In this document: piece by piece, positions 48,646 to 58,204 of the stretch
Layout of the letters: each line of letters starts with the position of its first letter
Numbering within the stretch: the first letter of the stretch is position 1
Source of the DNA: Bradymonadia bacterium
GTDB lineage: Bacteria; Myxococcota_A; Bradymonadia; UBA7976; UBA1532
Reading direction: 5' to 3'
NCBI GenBank assembly: GCA_046290225.1
Contig: JBKAGE010000037.1
Location: 64,001-128,000, forward strand
Length of the DNA: 64,000 bases
Notes under the pieces: model-generated
Databases searched by the model: none
What the model saw: the letters and a program-made list of their open reading frames with translations, nothing else
Told to the model about the DNA's origin: nothing
Translations under genes and position numbers: made by a program

Positions 48646-51216
48646 ATGTCGAAGCACCATCCCAGCACCGCGACCCCCTCACGCCATGGCGCTCCGCTCG
48701 CCCTGATGGTGTTGTGCGTCGCGGCGTTGTGTGCTGTGGCGTCGAGTGCGTGCTCCCCCCGCAATGTGGGCCGGCCTGACGCCATCGAGCCAACAGGGCC
48801 TGCAACGCACGGTACAGAGCAGCAAAACTCGACAGCTTCGGAGTCTTCGGAGCCTGCTGACTCCGGGCTCTTCGAACTGGGGCTGTCGATCTGGCGGTTT
48901 CTGGTCAACCCTCCACTCCCGCCTACCCCCGACATTGAAGTGAAGACGTTCGATCCCGAGCAGGTGAGCCCTGTCTTCGCTGGTGACGATGTGCCCCCGT
49001 CTGCCCAGGCGGGTTGGGCTGCCTTCGAACGCGGCCAGTGGAAGATCGCCCGCGCTGAGCTGCAGACCTTCGTCGACGCCGAGGGTGAGCACGCTTTGGC
49101 CCCCTGGGCCCATTACCTGTTGGGCTGGCTGTACGATCGGGCGGCGAAAGCGCGCCTCGCCATGACACATTACGTGAAGGCGGCTGAAGGGCTGCCTGAG
49201 CTGGCCACCATGGCCCGTGCCCGTGGTGCTCAGGCGGCGGTGCGCGCCGGGCGTCTCGAGCAGGCCCTCGAACTGCTCGACCAGCTGCCTGCGGAGGGCC
49301 GCTTCGCTCAACAGGCATTGTCTCTGCGCTCCAGGGTGCTCCAACGGCAAGGGCATCACCGTGCAGCCCTCGACGCCTTGCAACAATGGCTGGCCACAGG
49401 CCCCCGCAAGAGCGCTCGTCTCAAAGGCTTGCTGCGTCAGGCCACCCTCCTCGGGCACCTCGGCGATCGGCGGGCACAGGCCCAGGCGCTGCACGCGCTG
49501 TGGCGTCGACACCCTGATCACAGCGTCGGCGATCAGGCACGCGTGCAGCTCAAGCAGCTCAAATCGAAGATGAGCACCAAAGACTGGCGGGCGCTCGGCC
49601 CCGGCCTGGGCTTCTCCGGCGCCGCCTCCGTGATCCGGGAGGGCTGGCGCAACCTGCAGCGGGACTACGCCCGACGCATTCAGCGCGACGTCGGCCGGCT
49701 CTTACGCAAAACCGGTCGCCGCGGCGGCCTCACGGCAGGCGATCCGCTCTGGTGCGACGGGTGGTGGCTCATGGCCCACGCCCACAAACTGCGCCGCATG
49801 CGCCCCGAGCAAACCCAGGCGTGGCGTACCTTCATCGAAGAGTGTGCTGCTGATCCCCGACAGGGCGAGGCCCGCTTCGCCCTCGGGCGTGCCCTCTGGA
49901 ACAGCGATGACGACGATGGCGCTCTGGCCATCTTCGAAGCCCTGTGGCGCGAGCACCCGCAAGCCGCCCAGGCCGACGACGCGCTGCTCAACGCCGCCAT
50001 CATCCACCACCGAAGCGATCGGCCCGAAGAAAGCCGCCAGAGAGTGCTGGCTCTCGTTCAGGCCTACCCCTCAGGTGATAAGGCCAGCGACGCCCACTGG
50101 ATGCGCATGAGCGATCTGCTCGCTCAGGGGGCCTGGGCTCAGGCAGCTCATTATGCCGCCGAGGTTCAACAGCAAGGGCAGGCCTTCGCCCGGGCGCCCC
50201 TCACCCGCAACCGCATGCAGTATTTCCAGACCAGGGCCCTCGAGCTGATGGGGCGCGCCGATCTCGCCATAGAAGGCTACCAGGCCGTGGTCCGCAACGA
50301 GCCCATGGGCTACTACGCCCTGCTTGCTCTGAACCGCATGCGGGCGCTGCAACCCGAAGACTTCGATGACATGTACCAGGCGCTCGTGCACAGCACCGGC
50401 GCCGGTGTGGCACACCTGACCCTGCCGAGCCGCCCGTGGATGCAGGACGAAGCCTTCGGCGCTGCCATGGCGTTGATGCGCGTCGGCCTCATGACCGAAG
50501 CGCGACGCGCCTTCACATGGCTGCGGCGTCACTATCAGGCTGGCGACGAGCTGAAGTGGCTCGCAGCGCAGTTCTTCGAGCATGCCGGTGCCGAAGGTCA
50601 TGCTCGGGACATCCACGCCCACGAGGTGCGCTCCGTCGCCGGTGGCTGGCCCACGGGCGATCTCAAGGCCCGGTTCAGCGCCGCCTTCCCACAGCCCTTC
50701 GAAAAAGACGTGAGCACCTGGAGCGAGCAGCGCGATCTCTCCACCCCTCTGCTCTACGCCATCATGCGAGTGGAGTCGGGCTTCAACCCTCGAGTGGTCT
50801 CGTGGGCCAAAGCATGTGGCTTGATGCAGATGCTCGTGCCCACAGCCAGGCGCCTCGCCCGGGACGACGGCGTCAAGCGGTGGAACCGCATCGGCTGTGG
50901 CAGCCTCAAGCGGCCGAGCCTGGCCATCCGCCTCGGCAGCCGGTTCCTCAGCTGGCTCATGCAGAAGAACCAGGATCACCCCGCCCTCGCCGCTGCGGGC
51001 TATCACGCCGGCCAGGGCAACGTGAACAAGTGGCTGCGTCGTGCCGGGCATCTGCCCTTCGACGTCTGGGCCGAGCAGGCCCCCTTCCCCCGTACTCGGC
51101 GATACATTCGCCGGGTGCTCACCACCATGTGGACTTATCAGTGGCTGCGGGCTGAAGAGGGTGTATCTCCTCTGATTCACCTGCCCATGCACCTCGATAC
51201 CCTCGCTACGCGATAG
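48646..51216 (+). CDS. Slt70-like lytic transglycosylase with TPR repeats (lipoprotein)
   Basis: AIMRVESGFNP..VSWAKACGLMQ, AGYHAGQGNV; long TPR-like N-region. Confidence 0.88.
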   Translation: MSKHHPSTATPSRHGAPLALMVLCVAALCAVASSACSPRNVGRPDAIEPTGPATHGTEQQNSTASESSEPADSGLFELGLSIWRFLVNPPLPPTPDIEVKTFDPEQVSPVFAGDDVPPSAQAGWAAFERGQWKIARAELQTFVDAEGEHALAPWAHYLLGWLYDRAAKARLAMTHYVKAAEGLPELATMARARGAQAAVRAGRLEQALELLDQLPAEGRFAQQALSLRSRVLQRQGHHRAALDALQQWLATGPRKSARLKGLLRQATLLGHLGDRRAQAQALHALWRRHPDHSVGDQARVQLKQLKSKMSTKDWRALGPGLGFSGAASVIREGWRNLQRDYARRIQRDVGRLLRKTGRRGGLTAGDPLWCDGWWLMAHAHKLRRMRPEQTQAWRTFIEECAADPRQGEARFALGRALWNSDDDDGALAIFEALWREHPQAAQADDALLNAAIIHHRSDRPEESRQRVLALVQAYPSGDKASDAHWMRMSDLLAQGAWAQAAHYAAEVQQQGQAFARAPLTRNRMQYFQTRALELMGRADLAIEGYQAVVRNEPMGYYALLALNRMRALQPEDFDDMYQALVHSTGAGVAHLTLPSRPWMQDEAFGAAMALMRVGLMTEARRAFTWLRRHYQAGDELKWLAAQFFEHAGAEGHARDIHAHEVRSVAGGWPTGDLKARFSAAFPQPFEKDVSTWSEQRDLSTPLLYAIMRVESGFNPRVVSWAKACGLMQMLVPTARRLARDDGVKRWNRIGCGSLKRPSLAIRLGSRFLSWLMQKNQDHPALAAAGYHAGQGNVNKWLRRAGHLPFDVWAEQAPFPRTRRYIRRVLTTMWTYQWLRAEEGVSPLIHLPMHLDTLATR

Positions 51217-51233
51217 TGCGTCACTCAGAGGCC

Positions 51234-52928
51234 ATGCTCACCACGATCACCATTCGCAACTTCGCCATCATCGAGCGGACCGAGCTGGAGTTCGGCGCCG
51301 GACTCACCGTCATCACCGGTGAAACCGGCGCCGGCAAGTCGATCTTGATCGACGCCCTCAACCTCGTGCTCGGGGGCCGCGCCTCCACTGAGGTCATCCG
51401 TTCGGGTGAAGACAAGGCCAGCGTCGAGGCGGTCTTCGACGTGACCCGGGCCGCCGATCTCAGAGGTCGGCTCGACGCCTACGGCATCGAGACCGGCGCC
51501 GAGCTGCTGGTACGCCGCGTGCTCTCTCGCAGCGGCCGTCACCGGGTGTATCTCAACGGCACTCTCGCCACGGTGAACATGCTCGCCGAGATCGCCGGCG
51601 GCCTCGTCGATATCTCCGGGCAGCACGAACACTACAGTTTGCTGCGCACCGATTTTCACCTCGACCTGCTCGATCGCGTGGCGGGCCTCGACACCAAACG
51701 CGCGGCAGTGGCCAAAGCCCACGCCGCCATCGCCAGCATCGACCGCGAGCTCGCCGACATCGAAGGGCAGGAGCGCACCCGCCTCGAGCGCGAGGAGTTC
51801 CTGAAGTTTCAGCTCAGAGAGCTCGAAGACGCCCGCCTGGACGATCCGAACGAGGAAGAAGAGCTCGAGCAGGAGGCCATCCGGCTGGGCAATGCCGAGC
51901 GGCTGCGTCAGGAAGCCCTCGATGCCGAGGCCGCCCTCTACACCGTGGACGGCTCTGCAGTCGAGCGCCTGGAGATGGCCGTACGGGCAGCACAGGCCCT
52001 CGGCGAGCTCGATGCAGATCTCAAACCCCTCGCCGACGATCTGCACAGCGCCCTGGCCATTGCTGAAGAGGCCGCCCGCACCCTCGGTCAATATGCCCAT
52101 CAAATCTCGGGTGACCCACAGCGGCTCGACGAGATCCACAGCCGCCTCGCCCTCTTCGCTCGCCTGCGTCGCCGCTTCGGCGCCGATCTCACCGAGGTGA
52201 TCGCCCGGCGAGACGCCATGCGGGCCGAACTCTCATCTCTCGGGGGGATGGACGCCCGCATCGCCGAGCTCAAGGCCAAACGCGCTGACGCCGGCGCCGC
52301 TCTGGTCCGCACCGCCAAAGCGCTCACCGACGCCCGTAAGGCCGGCGCCGCGTGGCTCTCCGAGGCCGTCGCTGGCGAGCTCGCCGACTTGGGCATGCCC
52401 CGCGCCATCTCTCAGGTGGCCATCGAGCCTCTGGAGCGAGGCCTCGAGTTCGACGGGCGCTTCTTCAGCCCCCGGGGGGCCGACAAGGTCGAGCTGCGCT
52501 TCAGCGCCAACCCCGGCTCACCCCCTCAGCCTTTGTCGAAGATCGCATCTGGAGGCGAGTTGTCGCGGTTCATGCTCGCCGTCAAGCGCATCATCGCGGA
52601 GCGAGATCCAGTGCCCACCTATGTCTTCGACGAAGTGGACAGTGGCGTTGGTGGGCCCACCGCTGTAGCCATCGGCCGCAAGCTCAAGGCGGTGAGTGTC
52701 AGGCGCCAGGCTTTGTGCATCACGCACTTGCCTCAGATCGCCGCGCTCGCCGATCGACATCTGCACGTGAGCAAGAACATCGAGGGCGATCAGACCACCA
52801 GCGAAGTCACCGAGCTCGATCGCAATGGTCGAATCGAAGAGCTCGCGCGTATGTTGGGGGGGACGGCGATCACGGGCACGACCCGGGCCCACGCCGAAGA
52901 GATGCTGCACCAGGGCGGCGCAGCCTGA
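51234..52928 (+). CDS. recN: DNA repair protein RecN
   Basis: TGETGAGKS, KIASGGELSR, VFDEVDSGVGG, CITHLPQIAA. Confidence 0.96.
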   Translation: MLTTITIRNFAIIERTELEFGAGLTVITGETGAGKSILIDALNLVLGGRASTEVIRSGEDKASVEAVFDVTRAADLRGRLDAYGIETGAELLVRRVLSRSGRHRVYLNGTLATVNMLAEIAGGLVDISGQHEHYSLLRTDFHLDLLDRVAGLDTKRAAVAKAHAAIASIDRELADIEGQERTRLEREEFLKFQLRELEDARLDDPNEEEELEQEAIRLGNAERLRQEALDAEAALYTVDGSAVERLEMAVRAAQALGELDADLKPLADDLHSALAIAEEAARTLGQYAHQISGDPQRLDEIHSRLALFARLRRRFGADLTEVIARRDAMRAELSSLGGMDARIAELKAKRADAGAALVRTAKALTDARKAGAAWLSEAVAGELADLGMPRAISQVAIEPLERGLEFDGRFFSPRGADKVELRFSANPGSPPQPLSKIASGGELSRFMLAVKRIIAERDPVPTYVFDEVDSGVGGPTAVAIGRKLKAVSVRRQALCITHLPQIAALADRHLHVSKNIEGDQTTSEVTELDRNGRIEELARMLGGTAITGTTRAHAEEMLHQGGAA

Positions 52929-52935
52929 GGCGCGT

Positions 52936-53874
52936 TCAGAAGAGCAGCAGCTCACCCGCTTCTGGGGTCTCACTGTCGTCGAAGAGCGTCTCGCCCATGC
53001 GGGCGCCGATCTCAGTGTGCACTTCTTTGGCGATGGCCCAGTCATCGGGCCGCTCACCAAGAGCCTCAGCCACCTCTCGCTGAAGCTCAACGAAGAGTGT
53101 GTCGATGCGCATCAGGCGCTGAGCCACGGGATCTTGAAACTGCAAATGGGAGATCGCCTTATGAGAGGCAGTCACGATCTCAGCGCCGTGGCTCTCACCG
53201 ATCTCCATCGTCTGCTGTGTCAGGTCTTCGAGCATGTCCACCCCCTGATCCATCTGCTCGACGAGGGCCTGAAAATCTCGAGAGAAGCTCTCAGTCTGCT
53301 CACTGAGCACCTCCCCTTGCTCGATGCACACTGGCAGCGCGCCGAGCAATCCCTCAGCGAGACGGGCGACCTCAGTGTTCGCCTCGGAGACTCTGGCGCT
53401 CATGCGCTGCATCTCAGCAGCGATGACCTCGAAGGCAGCCCCTTGCTCACCCAGACGTTGAGACTCGATCTGGGCATTGAGCGACAAAATTCGAGATGAG
53501 CTCGCCAAGGCTCGGATCGCCTCGCCGATGCGCAAGATCCCCTTCGACTGAGCCTCAGCGTCGATGAGCGCTTTGCTCTGGCGGTCTTGTGCCGATCGCA
53601 CATTCACCATGAAGTCCGTGATCATCTCGTGCTGTTGGCGTGCGACGCGGTGTAGGGCGCTGCGGCCGTCCTCGTCTTGCAAGGCTGAGATGGCTACCCG
53701 CGTCATCTCGATTTGAGAGCTCGCCGTCTCGACGATCTCGTGCACCGCTGTGCCGGTGTTGATGACCTCTGCCTCTGTCGTCTGATTCGCCTCAGAGATC
53801 ACCGACTGAATGGCATCTCGGACGCGCTCGAGCGTGGTCTTGACCACCTCTGCTTTGTGGGCGCTCACGTCCAT
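52936..53874 (-). CDS. Soluble truncated MCP-like signalling protein
   Basis: ILSLNAQIESQRLGEQGAAFEVIAAEM hairpin-tip-like motif; LQFQD...QRL; no TM segment. Confidence 0.75.
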   Translation of the reverse strand: MDVSAHKAEVVKTTLERVRDAIQSVISEANQTTEAEVINTGTAVHEIVETASSQIEMTRVAISALQDEDGRSALHRVARQQHEMITDFMVNVRSAQDRQSKALIDAEAQSKGILRIGEAIRALASSSRILSLNAQIESQRLGEQGAAFEVIAAEMQRMSARVSEANTEVARLAEGLLGALPVCIEQGEVLSEQTESFSRDFQALVEQMDQGVDMLEDLTQQTMEIGESHGAEIVTASHKAISHLQFQDPVAQRLMRIDTLFVELQREVAEALGERPDDWAIAKEVHTEIGARMGETLFDDSETPEAGELLLF

Positions 53875-53902
53875 CTCCTTTTTCGGAAACCGGTTGGCGT
53901 TC

Positions 53903-54277
53903 TCAGGCGGCGGTCAATTTCCGGGCCGCAGCGACGAGCTGGTCGGCCTTGAAAGGTTTCACGATCCACCCCTTGGCACCGGCGGCCTTGGCCCGCTTGA
54001 TCAGCGCTGGCTGCCCTTCGGTCGTGAGCATGATTACGGGTAACTGAGGCCGTTGCCCTCCGCCCTTGACCCGCTCCAACATCTCCAAGCCATTCATACG
54101 TGGCATGTTGACATCACAGATCACCATAGAGATGTCGGTCTGACGCTCTATAGTCTCTGCCCCCTCCTGACCATCAACAGCTTCCAACACCTGGAAGCCA
54201 ACCTGACGCAACGCAAGGGAGACTTGCTGACGCACAGTGGCAGAGTCGTCGACGATGAGAATACGCTTACCAGACAC
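53903..54277 (-). CDS. cheY: CheY-like single-domain response regulator
   Basis: LIVDDS, ICDVNMPRMNG, MLTTE, GWIVKPF. Confidence 0.9.
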   Translation of the reverse strand: MSGKRILIVDDSATVRQQVSLALRQVGFQVLEAVDGQEGAETIERQTDISMVICDVNMPRMNGLEMLERVKGGGQRPQLPVIMLTTEGQPALIKRAKAAGAKGWIVKPFKADQLVAAARKLTAA

Positions 54278-54668
54278 GTTCGCTCCTCCATCAAGTCAAG
54301 CGCATGTTGCGATGACTCATCTTGAATCACCGTCTGTTCAGTGCAGGCCTGATTGTTCACGTACAATGTGGTTCGGACATCTTTACCAAATACTGAAGCC
54401 TGAGAACTCCGGCGATCTCACTTGACCCAGGCATCTTGACTCTGCAGGGCTTCCCCAAAGTTGTCCCCCTCCATACCCACAGTAAAACCCCAACCTTTTC
54501 AATCCAGTACCCAGTGTCCTTCTCATCCAGCCCTTAGGGGTCCGGCATGACCCCCCCTCAATTGTACTTGAGTTCTGACCCCCAACGCGCCGTACCCCCC
54601 CCTGTCTTTGTGAGCACTGGCGAGACGATGTCGATGAAACCAAACCACACGCACAAGGGGAACAAGTC

Positions 54669-55406
54669 GTGAGCCACCAGACTCCACGACCACAGACCTC
54701 ATGGCTGAGGCGGTGCATGCTGCTCTTGACCATGATGATGCTGGTCGTGCCTGCGCAAGCGCTGGCAGAATCAACGCTCTACGTGTTCCTGCCGAGCAAC
54801 GTTCGGCCCAAGAAGCTCGAGAAGCTTCTCTCCGAGCACATGCCTGGGGTCACGGTGGTGGCCTTTGGGCGGGTCAAAGACTTCGAGAAGACTCTGGCCT
54901 CGACGCCACCAGATGCCATTCTCACTGTAAGTCCCATGGTGGACGCCGTGGGGATGAAGGCCAGCCTGCTCGGCACCCGTGGGGGGACTGACTCCGAGCC
55001 GCTCTTCCTCATCGCCGTGGGCCAGGTAGCAGATCAAAGCGCCCTGGAGGGTAAGACCGTGGGCATGGTCGATCTGCTTGGGCGCAAACGCATGAAGAAG
55101 CTGGTGGCCAAATTGCTCAACCTCGGCAAGCCCAAGGTGAAACGGGTGACCAAGCCTGCCGACTTGTTGCCTCTCTTGCAGTTCGAAGCGGCTGATTTGC
55201 TGCTGGTGCCCGAAGGGTATGTCGCTGAGCTCAAGAGTGGCACGGAGCTCGACCTCAAGACCAAAGGCCTGGGCGCAGCCCGCATCGGCCTACCCGCTCT
55301 TGCCCTTCGGGAGGGTGGCAATGGCGGTGGTCTCGTCGACGCGATCAAGAAACTGCCCAAGACCGTGAACTCCAAATTGGGGGTGGAATCATGGAAAGCA
55401 AAATGA
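54669..55406 (+). CDS. Periplasmic binding-protein-like protein
   Basis: Signal peptide ...VPAQALA; alpha/beta pattern; ATGA coupling to the next gene. Confidence 0.65.
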   Translation: MSHQTPRPQTSWLRRCMLLLTMMMLVVPAQALAESTLYVFLPSNVRPKKLEKLLSEHMPGVTVVAFGRVKDFEKTLASTPPDAILTVSPMVDAVGMKASLLGTRGGTDSEPLFLIAVGQVADQSALEGKTVGMVDLLGRKRMKKLVAKLLNLGKPKVKRVTKPADLLPLLQFEAADLLLVPEGYVAELKSGTELDLKTKGLGAARIGLPALALREGGNGGGLVDAIKKLPKTVNSKLGVESWKAK

Positions 55407-56416
55407 TGGCCCACCACGTGAAAACGCTGTTGTTGATTTCTGTGTGTGTGCTCCTGGCCAGCTGTGGTGGCCAGAAAGCCAAACAGAACGAGGGCATCAC
55501 CTTTGTCGACCCGCCGCGTCGGGAGGGCACTGAGGCTGTGCTGGTCATGTTGCCCGCGAACTCAGCCTCCGCTGAGGTGCGTCAGGGCCTGCTGGAGTCC
55601 GTAGGCGAGGAATACGACATCGTCACCCGCGTCGTCGGCGGCAAAGTCACTGCTGACGACATCAACACAGCGATGACTGAGGTGTCTCCTGCAGCAGTGG
55701 TCTTGCTGAACAACGCCACCATCAAGGCGTACAAAGCCTGGCAGAAAACTCAGGGTGACGACAAAGAGTTTCCCCCTGCCATGTTGCTGATGGCCTCCTA
55801 CCTCAAAGAATTTGCCGGAGACGTGCAAGCAGCCACGGGGATCGTCTATGAGATTCCCAGCGTCAGCATCTTCTCCAACCTGCGCAAGCTGGTGAAGCAC
55901 GAGGTCAAACGCGTCGGTGTACTGCATCGACCCAACCTGAAGACCTTCATCGAAGGGCAACAGAAGCTCGCAGCCATCGAGAAGTTCGAACTCGTGGCCG
56001 TGGAGATGCCCGCTGATCCGGACGCTCGGGAAGTTCGCCGGGCAGTCCGCCGACTCTCTAAGGAAGTTGACGCATTGTGGGTGCTCAATGACAACGGCCT
56101 GCTCACCTCCAAGATGCTCACGAAGGCTTGGGTGCCGGGCCTGAGGCGCAACACTCTGCCCGTGGTGGTGGGGGTCAAGGCCCTCGTGGCCGAGCAGGCT
56201 GTCCTCGGCACCTTCGCCGTGCTGCCCGATCACATGGAGATGGGCCTGCAGGCCGGGAACATGCTGCTGGAGATCGCCGACGAAGACTGGACCACTGAAG
56301 GGGGCTTTGAGCAACCCATCGCTGTAAAGACGGTCATGCACGTTGGCTTCGCTCGGGATCACCTGGGTCTCATCGAGGATCGCAAAGACCGGATCAACGT
56401 GCTCGTAGGTCAGTGA
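55403..56416 (+). CDS. ABC substrate-binding-like lipoprotein
   Basis: LASC lipobox; VKRVGVLH, VDALWVLND, MGLQAG. Confidence 0.72.
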   Translation: MMAHHVKTLLLISVCVLLASCGGQKAKQNEGITFVDPPRREGTEAVLVMLPANSASAEVRQGLLESVGEEYDIVTRVVGGKVTADDINTAMTEVSPAAVVLLNNATIKAYKAWQKTQGDDKEFPPAMLLMASYLKEFAGDVQAATGIVYEIPSVSIFSNLRKLVKHEVKRVGVLHRPNLKTFIEGQQKLAAIEKFELVAVEMPADPDAREVRRAVRRLSKEVDALWVLNDNGLLTSKMLTKAWVPGLRRNTLPVVVGVKALVAEQAVLGTFAVLPDHMEMGLQAGNMLLEIADEDWTTEGGFEQPIAVKTVMHVGFARDHLGLIEDRKDRINVLVGQ

Positions 56417-56697
56417 ATCACTGACCACCGCCCCACCTCATCACTCCCCCACCACACAAGATTGATGTCATTGAGCATAGATGACTATTGCTCATACACC
56501 CCGTTCCTCCCCAAACGCTCATCAAAGACTCAGCTTCTATATTTTGTGGGTACCCACCGTCCCACCCATAGAGTGCCCACCAGAATCACCCGAAGGCTAA
56601 CTGAGACCACACACAGGTCCGTCACGTTTTGTCCCAGCACACAGTGCCGGGTGACCGCTCTCTGAGAGAGCCAAAACTCCTCATGGGGAGATACGAC

Positions 56698-58131
56698 ATG
56701 CACGCATTCAAGAAGATCACAGCCGTTTCCCTTGCCCTGAGCATCGCAGGTGTCACCGGCTGCGGCGGAGACGAAGAGCAGGCCAGCGCAGGCACTTCGT
56801 TCAAATACCAGAGCGTCACCGGCAAGTGCCAGGTCCTCGCCGAGGGCGACGTCTACATGGGCATCGCCGTCTCCGTAGGTGGTGACGTCTGGCCCGTAGC
56901 CGAGTTCATCGACATCGCCAACCTCGCCGTCACTGAGATCAACAACCAGGGCGGCCTCGGCGACAAGGGGCAGCTCGGGGCGATCCTCTGCGACACTGAG
57001 TGCCTGCCCGAAACCGGCACCGCCGTCTTCGACGAGCTGCTCGACGCCAAGAACAGCAACGGCATCGACGTTCCCCTCATCGTGGGCCCCTCGTGCAGCT
57101 ACGTCGCTGTGGAGGTCATCGACAAGGCCAAGGCCGCCAACGTCGCGGTCATCGGCTCGAGCACCGAGAGCACCGAGCTGACCAGCTTCGACGATGGTGA
57201 CTACTACTTCCGCTCGATCGCCTCGAGCGCTCAGCTGGGCACCGCCCAGGGGGCGTACCTGGCCTCGGAGCAGCAGCTCGACAAGCTGGCGGTGCTCTAC
57301 CCCGTGGACGCCTGGGGCCCCGGCATGGCCTTCGAGACCTCGAACAAGTTCGCCGAGGTCACCGTGGCGCAGGGCTGCGAGGCCGGCACCAGCGATGTCA
57401 CCGGCGACGGCGAGGATGACGTGCTCAGCATGAACTGCCCCACTGAGATTCAGCTGCTGCCCTACCGCTACCTCGACGAAGACAACACCACCCCGGAGTT
57501 CGACGGCGCCGCCATCGCCGCCGCCCTCGACAACTTCACCACCGAGGGTCAAAACGTCGGCGTGTTCCTCATCGGCTACGAGGCTGACACCTTCATCGCC
57601 AGCCTGCTCAGCGAGATCAACCGCCAGGAGTGGAGCAACGGCGCGCCCTATGTCGAGCTGACCAACACCATGACCACCGAGTTCTGGAACATCGTCGGCG
57701 ACTCTGATCTGCTCGAGGGCATCGGTGGCATCACCGCCAAGGCGCCCGACTCTGCCGCAGCGCAGCACTTCGCAGAGGCGATCCTCGCCGCCACCGGCAG
57801 CGAGGTGCAGAACTACTGGGGCAACCTGTACGACGCCATCTACCTCGGCGCCGCCGCCATGGCCATCGCCCCCGACGCCACCAACGGCCCCGGCGTGCGC
57901 GACAGTCTGCGCAAGACCGGCACCGGCACCAAGGTGTCCGTGGGTGACTGGGCCGGCATCCTCGCCGCCGCTCAGGCCGACGGCCAGGTGGACATCGACG
58001 GCGCAACGGGCCCCCAGGACTTCGACGCCAACGGTGACGTGTCGTCACTGTTCACCCACCAGCGATTCAACAGCTCCGGTCAGTATGAGACCAGCGGCTG
58101 CTGGCTCGGCGACGGCACGCCCTGCGAATAA
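56698..58131 (+). CDS. Branched-chain-amino-acid-type (LivJ-like) binding lipoprotein
   Basis: VTGC lipobox; LAVTEINNQGG, IVGPSCS, YFRSIAS, YDAIYL, GATGPQDFDANGD. Confidence 0.85.
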   Translation: MHAFKKITAVSLALSIAGVTGCGGDEEQASAGTSFKYQSVTGKCQVLAEGDVYMGIAVSVGGDVWPVAEFIDIANLAVTEINNQGGLGDKGQLGAILCDTECLPETGTAVFDELLDAKNSNGIDVPLIVGPSCSYVAVEVIDKAKAANVAVIGSSTESTELTSFDDGDYYFRSIASSAQLGTAQGAYLASEQQLDKLAVLYPVDAWGPGMAFETSNKFAEVTVAQGCEAGTSDVTGDGEDDVLSMNCPTEIQLLPYRYLDEDNTTPEFDGAAIAAALDNFTTEGQNVGVFLIGYEADTFIASLLSEINRQEWSNGAPYVELTNTMTTEFWNIVGDSDLLEGIGGITAKAPDSAAAQHFAEAILAATGSEVQNYWGNLYDAIYLGAAAMAIAPDATNGPGVRDSLRKTGTGTKVSVGDWAGILAAAQADGQVDIDGATGPQDFDANGDVSSLFTHQRFNSSGQYETSGCWLGDGTPCE

Positions 58132-58204
58132 GGTTAACTCGGTCCTTCCTCAAGCCGATGCCCCGGGGGGGGCTGGCGTTGTCAAGATACAGGAATCGAT
58201 ATCC